This document shows positions 17,496-25,362 of a DNA stretch of 25,362 nt, piece after piece. The stretch is from contig JBLIRP010000041.1 of NCBI GenBank assembly GCA_049472355.1, positions 1-25,362 of the forward strand, given 5' to 3'. The stretch's first letter is position 1; each line of letters opens with the position of its first letter. This DNA comes from a bacterium (GTDB taxonomy: Bacteria > SZUA-182 > DTGQ01 > JAFGSM01). The position numbers and the translations under genes are program-made. The notes under the pieces are model-generated. The model did not search any database and was not told the origin of the DNA. It was given only the letters and a program-made list of their open reading frames with translations.

Positions 17496-17791
17496 TATAT
17501 AAGAAATTAAGCGAGTTCGAAGGCATTGATTTTCTGATAAAGCAAGGCAACTATTCTCATCTTTTAAGGATTCGAAGCTCGCTGCGTCAACCGGTTTTTA
17601 GATCTTTCTCATAACTCAATCACCTCGACGAGCACTTCCATTCGACCCGCGTATCAACGTGATTATCGAATCAAAATCGATTCCTCAAGGGTTCGTCTGA
17701 GAGGGGGGGGTGATACTATTAATCATCACTATAACGGCACAGCTACTGTACCATAACAATCCTATGTATCAATGGTTAGGAGGGGATAACA

Positions 17792-18418
17792 ATGTCAAGG
17801 AAATTAACGGCAGCAATAATCGCAATCATGTCTATCCTGATGTTTGCACTTTTTATGACTTCTTCACCGGTTCCGGCGCAAGAACCCGATCGTTCAGCTT
17901 CATGGCATGAAACCCAGTATGGGACCGACGCCTGGGGGGGAACCTGGATGATGGGGCAATTCGGACCGGATGTGGGCATTGGGGAGCAGGGAACGGTGTA
18001 TGAGTACACGGATCCCCGCACCGGCACCTATGTCAGCTACTCGAGCGTGGGCATGGGAGCGGGACTCGGTGGCGCGATGATGGGGTATGGCGGTATGTTC
18101 AGCCCTGTGGCGCAGGCGTCATACGGGCCCTATGCCGGCGGCAACAGGCCGCAGGTGGGGTCGACCCCCGGCTATGACACCCAGGGCTATCTTTCCGGCA
18201 GTCTCTGGGGTCCGAATGTCAGCATGTATCAATCAAGGTATAACCCCATGGCCGGCATGATGTTTGGGCTTATGGGTATGCTGGGCGGCGGCTATGGCGG
18301 CTACGGCGGCTATGGCGGCTATGGCGGCTATGGTGGATTCGGCGGCTACGGCGGCTTCGGCGGCTTCTCTCCTTTCAGTGGAGCCTCTGCCGGCAGCTAT
18401 CCGACGGTGATGTGGTAA
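17792..18418 (+). CDS. Secreted Gly/Tyr/Met-rich low-complexity protein of unknown function
   Basis: AGGAGGGG RBS; Sec-type signal peptide MSRKLTAAIIAIMSILMFALFMTSSPVPA|QE; GG[Y/F] repeats; followed by a terminator. Confidence 0.85.
   Translation: MSRKLTAAIIAIMSILMFALFMTSSPVPAQEPDRSASWHETQYGTDAWGGTWMMGQFGPDVGIGEQGTVYEYTDPRTGTYVSYSSVGMGAGLGGAMMGYGGMFSPVAQASYGPYAGGNRPQVGSTPGYDTQGYLSGSLWGPNVSMYQSRYNPMAGMMFGLMGMLGGGYGGYGGYGGYGGYGGFGGYGGFGGFSPFSGASAGSYPTVMW
18287..18367 (+). repeat. Nine 9-bp coding repeats encoding GG[Y/F]
   Basis: GGCGGCTAY / GGCGGCTTC units giving GGYGGYGGYGGYGGYGGFGGYGGFGGF. Confidence 0.95.
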
Positions 18419-18491
18419 TCGGTAATCAGGCACACTGATCTGACATGCAATTGTTACACAAATTGAGGTCTTGAACATTCCGTTCAACGTG

Positions 18492-18532
18492 AATGCCGGG
18501 CCCCCGGCACAAGGGGCCCGGCATTTTATTTT
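18492..18532 (+). terminator. Rho-independent terminator between convergent genes
   Basis: 13-bp perfect stem AATGCCGGGCCCC / GGGGCCCGGCATT with an 8-nt loop, followed by a T-rich tract. Confidence 0.88.
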
Positions 18533-18543
18533 CCTGCATTTCG

Positions 18544-19641
18544 CTATCGCGGGAATGCCCTGTATGCCTCCTCGAGAAACACCAGAAATCGATCGGACTC
18601 CACGTTGACATCCTCCCGTATGCGGAGCTGGATCTGATCGATGCCTCCCTCCTTTTTCTTCACGAAGACACAGCTTGGCAACGCTGCCTCGTCGATCAGC
18701 ATTTCCTCGCTGTCAATCCGCTCGATCTTCAGTGTTTTCGCAATGTCATCGGCGGTGAAGGTATCTTCCCTGACGGTAAAATCGAGCCTGAGAATGTCAG
18801 GTGTGGTTCCCAGATAAAGCCACTCGGCATTATTGATACGGTACATGATGTAGCTTTTCTGTTCCCATAGGGGGCCTTCCACATCGAAATGCTCCCTGAG
18901 CACCCGCTCCAGCTTCACACAGATCGCCTTTGTCTGAGGGCTGCACCGCTTTTCGAGGTGCCATTCCCTCCACTTGGCATCAGGCGTGTCCGCTGCCGGT
19001 TCCATTGCCTCCGGTTCTTGTGAATCCGCAGCCTCGGAAGTTTCACCACGTTCGGCCGGAACGAGGATATCGGGTTGAATCAGTATGGTCCCCTCATCTT
19101 TGAATGCCTGCAACTCCACAATCGTGACATCGATGGCGTGCTTTCGAAGCCAGAGGGCATAGGTGACGAGACTGTCGCTGATGAGGGAACCGGTCACAAT
19201 GATTCTCTGTTCCTGATTTATCGGGGGTATCTTCTTTATCCCCGCATCCTTGCAAAACTCCGTGAATACCCGATTGAAATCAAAGCCGGGATTCCTCCCC
19301 CTTGCCAAGAACCCCTTTGCCTGGGCCTCGAATTCCTTCAGCGTCCACTTGGCAAGGTGCGCGGCATATCTGAGCGACCTGATCTCAAGGGATTCCCGGT
19401 CAAGGGAGCGCTTGACCTCGACAAGCACGGCATTCCCCTTCACATCGAGCGCCAGAAAATCGAGCTTGTCCTCCGCGGTGTGCATACCCACCTGTCTTCC
19501 AATCAACATGAGCGGTTCACCAAGGAGCTGGGGAGTTTCGGCAATCTTATCGTCGATGAAGCCCTCGAGTATATTCCCTTCCCTGATCCGGTTCTCTTGT
19601 GATAATCTCTTTCCCCTCTGCGCAATCTTCAGGATCGCCAT
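18544..19641 (-). CDS. NucS/EndoMS-like PD-(D/E)XK nuclease-domain protein with an uncharacterised C-terminal domain
   Basis: E..LEGFI, LIGRQV, KLDFLALDVKGNAVLVEVKR, then LRYAA; acidic linker; second globular domain. Confidence 0.7.
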   Translation of the reverse strand: MAILKIAQRGKRLSQENRIREGNILEGFIDDKIAETPQLLGEPLMLIGRQVGMHTAEDKLDFLALDVKGNAVLVEVKRSLDRESLEIRSLRYAAHLAKWTLKEFEAQAKGFLARGRNPGFDFNRVFTEFCKDAGIKKIPPINQEQRIIVTGSLISDSLVTYALWLRKHAIDVTIVELQAFKDEGTILIQPDILVPAERGETSEAADSQEPEAMEPAADTPDAKWREWHLEKRCSPQTKAICVKLERVLREHFDVEGPLWEQKSYIMYRINNAEWLYLGTTPDILRLDFTVREDTFTADDIAKTLKIERIDSEEMLIDEAALPSCVFVKKKEGGIDQIQLRIREDVNVESDRFLVFLEEAYRAFPR

Positions 19642-19784
19642 GGTACGTATGCCCCCCTACTGATTTTGAATCACATCCTCACGATGCCTGCCGATGTGAA
19701 CGAGCGGTTCCATGAAGCCATACCATGCAACACGCGCCATGAATGGTCATTTACCGATTGTTGATGAATTATAAATTTTCCTAA

Positions 19785-19813
19785 AAATTACCAAGGCATG
19801 GCAATAATGTCAA
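19785..19813 (-). promoter_or_regulatory. Sigma70 promoter for the nuclease-like gene
   Basis: Minus strand TTGACA-N17-TAATTT with extended -10 TG. Confidence 0.65.
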
Positions 19814-19941
19814 GTGCGGGTGCAGGGGAGCAGCAATTGCGATCTCTGCGTTGCCTCGAAGCGGGCAGATATGTTTACGGAGTGATATGGGTTGCGTGGG
19901 GGGCTTGCCGAAGCGAGGCTTACAGGTAACTGGGATGGTAA

Positions 19942-20125
19942 CATAGTGCTTAGCTGCCCTTCGCCTGTCGAGCTTGGTTGGTCAGGTTCCAGGCCCTTTA
20001 TATTACCGGAAAGGGCTGCTTAGTGCTCCGCTGCGCTTCGCCCTGATAGAGGTTGGTTCGGGAGCTTTGGGTGACCGGAGGGGCATCATAGTGGCTTCGC
20101 TTCGCCCTGATAAAGGTTGTTCAGG
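19942..20125. repeat. Three degenerate tandem repeats upstream of uvrA
   Basis: Cores start at 19942, 20019 and 20087, with consensus C(A/T)TAGTG..GCT(G/T)C(G/C)CTTCGCC(C)TG..GTTG..TC(A/G)GG; periods 77 and 68 bp. Confidence 0.7.
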
Positions 20126-20203
20126 CGCTGGCGTTGTAGTATCCTGATTGAGTGAAATACCGTATCTGATAACGAATAAAGGTTTTTTTCAGAGGTCTCA
20201 ATC

Positions 20204-23200
20204 ATGACAACACGCAGTAACAACGCCATATACATTGAGGGCGCCCGGCAGCACAACCTGAAGGGGTTTGACTGCGCAATCCCCCTCAATCGGATCACCG
20301 TGATCACCGGGGTGAGCGGTTCGGGAAAATCGAGCCTTGCCTTCGATACCCTGTATGCAGAGGGACAGCGGCGCTACATCGAAACCTTCTCACCCTACGC
20401 CCGCCAGTTCATGGATCGCATGGATAAACCGCAGGTTGACCGAATCGAGGGGATTCCCCCGGCCATCGCCATCGAGCAGGGGAGTCCGGTGAGGACCTCC
20501 CGCTCCACGGTGGGCACCATCACCGAACTGACCGATTTCATCAAGATCCTGTTCGCGCGCACCGGCGAGCTCCATTGCCGGATCTGCTCCCGGAAGGTGG
20601 TCAGGGAAGCCCCCGATACCATAGGGGATGCCCTGTTCCGCGAACACCAGGGCTCGCCCGTAATCATAGCATTTCCCTGCGCCAAGGCGGATCTCGACCC
20701 TGCACTGGTCAGGCAGGAGCTCATGCGGGAGGGTTTCTCCCGTATACTCGAAGGGGACGATAGTGTGGATATCGAGGAGTCCGGGCTTGAGGTCCCTTCT
20801 CTGCAGGTGATGGTGGACCGCCTGACGCTCGCGCCGGAGGAAAGGGCACGGGTGATCGACTCCGTCGAACAGGGTCTTCGATACGGCCATGGTCATGTCC
20901 TGATCAAAATCATGGGGGGAGAGCTTCTCCGCTTCAGTAGCCATCTGCACTGCCCTTACTGCGACATCCATTACAAGGACCCCGTCCCCAACCTTTTCTC
21001 CTTCAACAGCCCCCTGGGGGCATGCAGCACCTGCCGCGGCTTCGGGAGGATCATCGATATCGACCTGGACAAGGTGATCCCCAATCCTCGCATCTCCCTC
21101 GAGTCCGGCGCGATCAAGCCATGGGACACCGATTCCCACGAGCTCCGCAAGCTGATGAGATTCTGCTCCCGGGAAGGCATACCGGCGGATATACCCTTTT
21201 CCGCCCTCAGCGAGGAGCATAAGGGGATGATCATTGATGGGGGGCGCCGTTTCTTCGGGGTTCGCGGCTTTTTCAAGTGGCTGGAGGGCAAATCCTACAA
21301 GATGCACGTGCGGGTGTTCCTCTCCCGGTACCGGGGATACTTCACCTGCCCTGATTGCGGGGGTACCCGGTTCAAACCGGAGGCCCTGCTCTACCGGATA
21401 CGGGGGCTCACCATCGCGGAGATCTATTCCCTCTCCATAGACCAGGCATTCCGGTTCTTCACGGAAATCCCGGAAGCCCCCCTCGATGATGCGTCCCGCA
21501 TGCTGCAGAGAGAGATCACCAGCCGCCTGCGCTATCTGAACGAGGTGGGGCTCTCCTACCTCACCCTGAACCGGCAGTCCAGGACACTCTCCGGGGGCGA
21601 GGTGGAGCGGGTGAGCCTCACCAAGGCCCTGGGCTCATCCCTGGTCAATACCCTCTACGTGCTCGATGAGCCCAGCATCGGCCTCCACCCCCGGGACAGC
21701 AACCGGCTGGTGATGCTGCTCAGGGAGATCTCCGCACAAAACACGGTCGTGGTGGTGGAGCACGATCCGGAGATCATTGCAGGGTGCGATCATCTCCTCG
21801 ACCTCGGCCCCGGGGCGGGGGCCTGTGGCGGAAATGTGGTCTATGCAGGCCCCCTGGCGGACATCCACGCATCCAGGGATTCGGTCACCATCGACTACCT
21901 CACCGGAAGGTCCATGATCCCGGTGCCGGCCAGCCGCACGAAGCCTGATCCACAAAACAGCATCCGCATCAAGGGGTGCAGGGAGAACAACCTGAAGAAC
22001 ATCGACATCACCATCCCCCTGGGGCTCATGGTCTGCATCACCGGGGTCTCGGGCTCGGGCAAGAGCACCCTTGCCGAGGAGATCATCTACAAGGGGATCA
22101 GGCAGGTGAAGGGGTATGCGGTTGAAAGGCCCGGGGAATTCGACGCCATGGAGGGCACGGAGCTCATCGACAATGTCCTCCTCATCGATCAAAGCCCCAT
22201 CGGGAAGACTCCCCGGGCAAATCCCCTTACCTACATCGGGGCCTTCGATCCGATCCGCAAGCTGCTCGCCAAGACCCCCCTTGCCCGGGAGCGGGGGTAC
22301 ACGCCGGGCGCCTTCTCCTTCAACGTGCCGGGTGGACGGTGTGAAACCTGCATGGGAAACGGATACGAGAAGGTGGAGATGCAGTTTCTGTCCGATGTAT
22401 ACATCACCTGTCCCGACTGCAACGGTTCCCGGTTCAGGAAGGAGGTCCTGGAGGTCACCTACAAGGGAAAAAACATCGGCGACATCCTGAACATGACCTT
22501 TGACGAGGCCGACACCTTTTTCGAGGATATCCCGTCCATCACCACCATGTTCCAGCCGATCATGGACGCGGGAATGGGATACCTCCGCCTGGGTCAGCCG
22601 GTCAACACCCTGTCCGGCGGAGAGGCTCAGCGGCTGAAGCTTGCCAAATACATGGGATTCAGCCCCGGACGCAACATCCTGTATATCTTCGATGAGCCCT
22701 CCACCGGTCTCCACTTCGCGGATATACGGAAACTGCTCGAGGCATTCCAGCGCCTCATCAACGAGGGAAAGACCCTGCTCGTCATCGAGCACAACATGGA
22801 TATTGCAAAATGCGCCGACCATATCATCGACCTTGGCCCGGAGGGGGGTGACGGGGGTGGATGGGTCGTTGCCAAGGGCACCCCCGAGGAGGTTGCCTGG
22901 GTAAAGGATTCCCATACCGGACGCTTCCTGCGGAAATATCTGGAACAACCGCACCCTGTCTGGGTCCGGCCGGATACGCCCCCGGCTCCCGTCCCGGTGC
23001 CCCATGCTGACGCCATCGCCATCAACGGGGCTCGGGAACACAACCTGAAAAACATCACGGTGAACATCCCCAGGGACAAGATGGTGGTGATCACCGGGAT
23101 AAGCGGCTCGGGGAAATCCACCCTCGCCTTTGACGTACTCTTTGCCGAAGGCCAGCGGCGCTATATCGAGAGCCTCCCCACCTACGTGCGGCAGTACCTC

Positions 23201-25362
23201 AAGATAATGGAGCGAAGCGACGTCGACCTGATCACCGGCATCCCCCCGACGGTCGCCATTGAACAGCGGATGAGCATGCTCCACCTTCGCTCCACGGTTG
23301 CCACCATCACCGAGATCTACCACTACCTGCGCCTCCTCTTCAGCAAGGTCGGGACCCAGCACTGCCTGTGCAGGATACCCATAGCTCCTCAGTCTGAGGA
23401 GGACATGCTGAATCGTTTCATAAATTACTTTAACAACCATGAGTTTCTTCTTTTATCACCGAAGGTTATAAAGCGAAAAGGAATCCACCGCGACGTCATG
23501 GAGCATGCCTTCAAAAAGGGATACCGGCAGGCACGGGTGGACGGTGCCATGGTGGACCTGGAGCATCCTCCCTCTATCGCACGGTACAAGGAGCACTCCC
23601 TGGACGTAGCCATCGACCGGATCCGGGTGGACCCCGAAGACAGGGAGCACCTCGTCTCGGCCATATCCCTCGCCCTCCAGGAAGGCAGGGGCCAGTTCTA
23701 TGCACTGGACATGGAGAACAACATAGAGGAGACCTTCAGCAGAAAGGGATACTGCCCGCACTGCGGCACCGCCTTCGAACCGGTGGATCCCAGGCTCTTT
23801 TCCTTCAACAGCCGTTTCGGCGGATGCCCGGCCTGCGACGGGCTGGGAATCTCCACGGAAACCGGGGAACGCTGCACCCGCTGTCAGGGCACCAGGCTGA
23901 ACGAGCGCGCCCTTTCCATCAAGATCGGAGAGTATACCATCGCGGACATGGCGAGCCTCGCCGTGGAGGATGCGATGCGGTTCTTCCCCTCCCTGCGTTT
24001 TCCCCCCCGGGACCGGATCATCGCCGATCTCCTCATCCCCGAGATCATGGTTCGGTTGGCCTTTCTCCAGAGGGTGGGCCTCTCCTATCTCACCCTCGAC
24101 CGGAGCGGAAACACCCTGTCAGGGGGGGAGACCCAGCGCATCCGTCTGGCAGCACAGTTGGGCTCAAACCTGCGGGGGGTATGCTACATACTGGATGAGC
24201 CCACCATCGGGCTCCACCCCCGCGATAATGCCACCCTTCTTGACACCCTCACAGAATTGAGGGACCGGGGAAACAGCGTCATCATCGTGGAGCACGACGA
24301 GGAGACCATACGGAGGGCTGATCACGTGCTGGATCTCGGTCCTGAGGCGGGCATGCACGGAGGCCGGGTGGTGGCCCAGGGCCCGCCGGAGGCGATCCAG
24401 GCAGAGCCGGGATCGATCACCGGAGCATGGCTCGGACATCCTGATCGTCACACCATCACCTCACACCGCCGCGCTGCTCCAGAGAACAGGTGGCTCACGG
24501 TCAAGGGTGCGTCGGTATACAACCTCAAGGAGATCGATGTGGGCATCCCCCTCGGCACCCTGGTGTGCATCACCGGTGTGTCAGGGTCCGGCAAGAGCAC
24601 CCTCCTCAGGGAGGTCATTCTCAAAGGGCTCCAGGCGCTCTTCGACCGAAAGGGCATCCCGGGGCACACCTGCAGGCAGATCGAAGGGTGGGAGCATCTG
24701 GAACGCGTGCTCGAGGTGGACCATTCCCCCATCGGCAAGACACCCCGTTCAACGCCCGGCACCTATATCGGTTTTCACGACGCCATCCGCAGGCTCTTTG
24801 CCATGCTCCCCGAATCGCGGATGCGCGGGTATCAGGGGGGGCGGTTCTCCTTCAACGTGAAGGGAGGCCGGTGCGAGGCGTGCCAGGGCCAGGGAAGGAT
24901 CAGGGTGGAGATGAGCTTCCTTCCCGATGTGTATGTGGAGTGCGAGGTATGCGGGGGAAAACGGTTCAACGAGGAGACCCTCGGCGTCACCTACCGGGGG
25001 AAAAACATCGCCGAGGTCCTCGACCTGACCATCGAGGAGGGCCTTGAATTCTTCTCCGCCGTACCGCAGATCGTACACCCCATCAAGATCCTGAACGACA
25101 TGGGACTCGGGTATCTCCACATCGGCCAGGCGAGCAATACCCTCTCCGGCGGGGAGGCCGAGCGCATCAAACTGGCCTCCGAACTGACCAAGAAGAGCCA
25201 TGGGAAGACCCTGTACATCCTCGACGAGCCCACGACCGGTCTCCACCTCGCGGACATCAAGAAACTCATGGGGGTGCTCCAACGACTGGTGGACCTGGGA
25301 AACACGACACTGATCATCGAACACAACCTGGAGGTCATCAAGGAGGCCGATTACATCATCGA
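20204..25362 (+). CDS. uvrA: Double-length (tandem-fused) excinuclease ABC subunit A, 3'-truncated by the window edge (at least 1719 codons)
   Basis: ATG at 20204 gives [20 protein letters not shown]. Four in-frame Walker A motifs (20309, 22043, 23096, 24575), four LSGGE signatures and two AEGQRRYIE motifs. It is absent from the ORF track because there is no stop in the window. Confidence 0.96.
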   Translation, partial: MTTRSNNAIYIEGARQHNLKGFDCAIPLNRITVITGVSGSGKSSLAFDTLYAEGQRRYIETFSPYARQFMDRMDKPQVDRIEGIPPAIAIEQGSPVRTSRSTVGTITELTDFIKILFARTGELHCRICSRKVVREAPDTIGDALFREHQGSPVIIAFPCAKADLDPALVRQELMREGFSRILEGDDSVDIEESGLEVPSLQVMVDRLTLAPEERARVIDSVEQGLRYGHGHVLIKIMGGELLRFSSHLHCPYCDIHYKDPVPNLFSFNSPLGACSTCRGFGRIIDIDLDKVIPNPRISLESGAIKPWDTDSHELRKLMRFCSREGIPADIPFSALSEEHKGMIIDGGRRFFGVRGFFKWLEGKSYKMHVRVFLSRYRGYFTCPDCGGTRFKPEALLYRIRGLTIAEIYSLSIDQAFRFFTEIPEAPLDDASRMLQREITSRLRYLNEVGLSYLTLNRQSRTLSGGEVERVSLTKALGSSLVNTLYVLDEPSIGLHPRDSNRLVMLLREISAQNTVVVVEHDPEIIAGCDHLLDLGPGAGACGGNVVYAGPLADIHASRDSVTIDYLTGRSMIPVPASRTKPDPQNSIRIKGCRENNLKNIDITIPLGLMVCITGVSGSGKSTLAEEIIYKGIRQVKGYAVERPGEFDAMEGTELIDNVLLIDQSPIGKTPRANPLTYIGAFDPIRKLLAKTPLARERGYTPGAFSFNVPGGRCETCMGNGYEKVEMQFLSDVYITCPDCNGSRFRKEVLEVTYKGKNIGDILNMTFDEADTFFEDIPSITTMFQPIMDAGMGYLRLGQPVNTLSGGEAQRLKLAKYMGFSPGRNILYIFDEPSTGLHFADIRKLLEAFQRLINEGKTLLVIEHNMDIAKCADHIIDLGPEGGDGGGWVVAKGTPEEVAWVKDSHTGRFLRKYLEQPHPVWVRPDTPPAPVPVPHADAIAINGAREHNLKNITVNIPRDKMVVITGISGSGKSTLAFDVLFAEGQRRYIESLPTYVRQYLKIMERSDVDLITGIPPTVAIEQRMSMLHLRSTVATITEIYHYLRLLFSKVGTQHCLCRIPIAPQSEEDMLNRFINYFNNHEFLLLSPKVIKRKGIHRDVMEHAFKKGYRQARVDGAMVDLEHPPSIARYKEHSLDVAIDRIRVDPEDREHLVSAISLALQEGRGQFYALDMENNIEETFSRKGYCPHCGTAFEPVDPRLFSFNSRFGGCPACDGLGISTETGERCTRCQGTRLNERALSIKIGEYTIADMASLAVEDAMRFFPSLRFPPRDRIIADLLIPEIMVRLAFLQRVGLSYLTLDRSGNTLSGGETQRIRLAAQLGSNLRGVCYILDEPTIGLHPRDNATLLDTLTELRDRGNSVIIVEHDEETIRRADHVLDLGPEAGMHGGRVVAQGPPEAIQAEPGSITGAWLGHPDRHTITSHRRAAPENRWLTVKGASVYNLKEIDVGIPLGTLVCITGVSGSGKSTLLREVILKGLQALFDRKGIPGHTCRQIEGWEHLERVLEVDHSPIGKTPRSTPGTYIGFHDAIRRLFAMLPESRMRGYQGGRFSFNVKGGRCEACQGQGRIRVEMSFLPDVYVECEVCGGKRFNEETLGVTYRGKNIAEVLDLTIEEGLEFFSAVPQIVHPIKILNDMGLGYLHIGQASNTLSGGEAERIKLASELTKKSHGKTLYILDEPTTGLHLADIKKLMGVLQRLVDLGNTTLIIEHNLEVIKEADYII

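Noticed and set aside
17506..17791. c-di-GMP-I or other known riboswitch in the leader
   Set aside because: GGCAAC is present, but I could not find the GAAA-tetraloop and GCAAA core in the required arrangement; it was kept only as an unassigned structured leader.
17710..17910. 66-aa GTG-initiated ORF after the G-run
   Set aside because: It overlaps the well-supported secreted protein out of frame and has no recognisable features; a leader-peptide role cannot be excluded.
19942..20125. Possible CRISPR array
   Set aside because: The repeats are highly degenerate with unequal periods, the intervening segments resemble each other (both contain ACCGGA..GGGC), and no cas genes are in the window.
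20107..20125. LexA box upstream of uvrA
   Set aside because: CTG...GTTCAGG resembles the Myxococcus-type box as I recall it, but the spacing is off and it lies within the repeat unit.
21635..23440. 601-aa minus-strand ORF and other ORFs within 20390-25341
   Set aside because: They are antisense or off-frame shadows of the uvrA reading frame with no recognisable motifs.

Overview
Chromosomal, mostly housekeeping window from a moderately GC-rich bacterium; the gene content suggests an anaerobe related to the Deltaproteobacteria (inference, not identified). From left to right: (1) a minus-strand HydABC/NuoEFG-like flavin-Fe-S operon with unusual fusions that continues off the left edge; (2) a minus-strand run of RomR-like receiver protein, valS, nadC, birA, coaX, a palindromic element, a DnaD-like protein, a DnaC-like ATPase and tsaB (in transcription order); (3) larB, larC and galT; (4) a secreted Gly/Tyr-rich protein behind a candidate sigma54 promoter and long structured leader; (5) a NucS-like PD-(D/E)XK nuclease; (6) degenerate tandem repeats followed by a double-length UvrA that runs off the right edge and is missing from the ORF track. 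The most striking observation is in the redox operon. A DmsB/CooF-type 4x[4Fe-4S] ferredoxin appears split over two genes, with Cys groups I-III on the N-terminus of the NuoE-like subunit and group IV on the C-terminus of the next subunit. That next subunit also carries an N-terminal response-regulator receiver domain and has no catalytic domain. Other notable items are a 7-fold amplified RomR-type C-terminal helix and a dispersed family of palindromic intergenic elements. All family assignments come from motif reading, not database searches.
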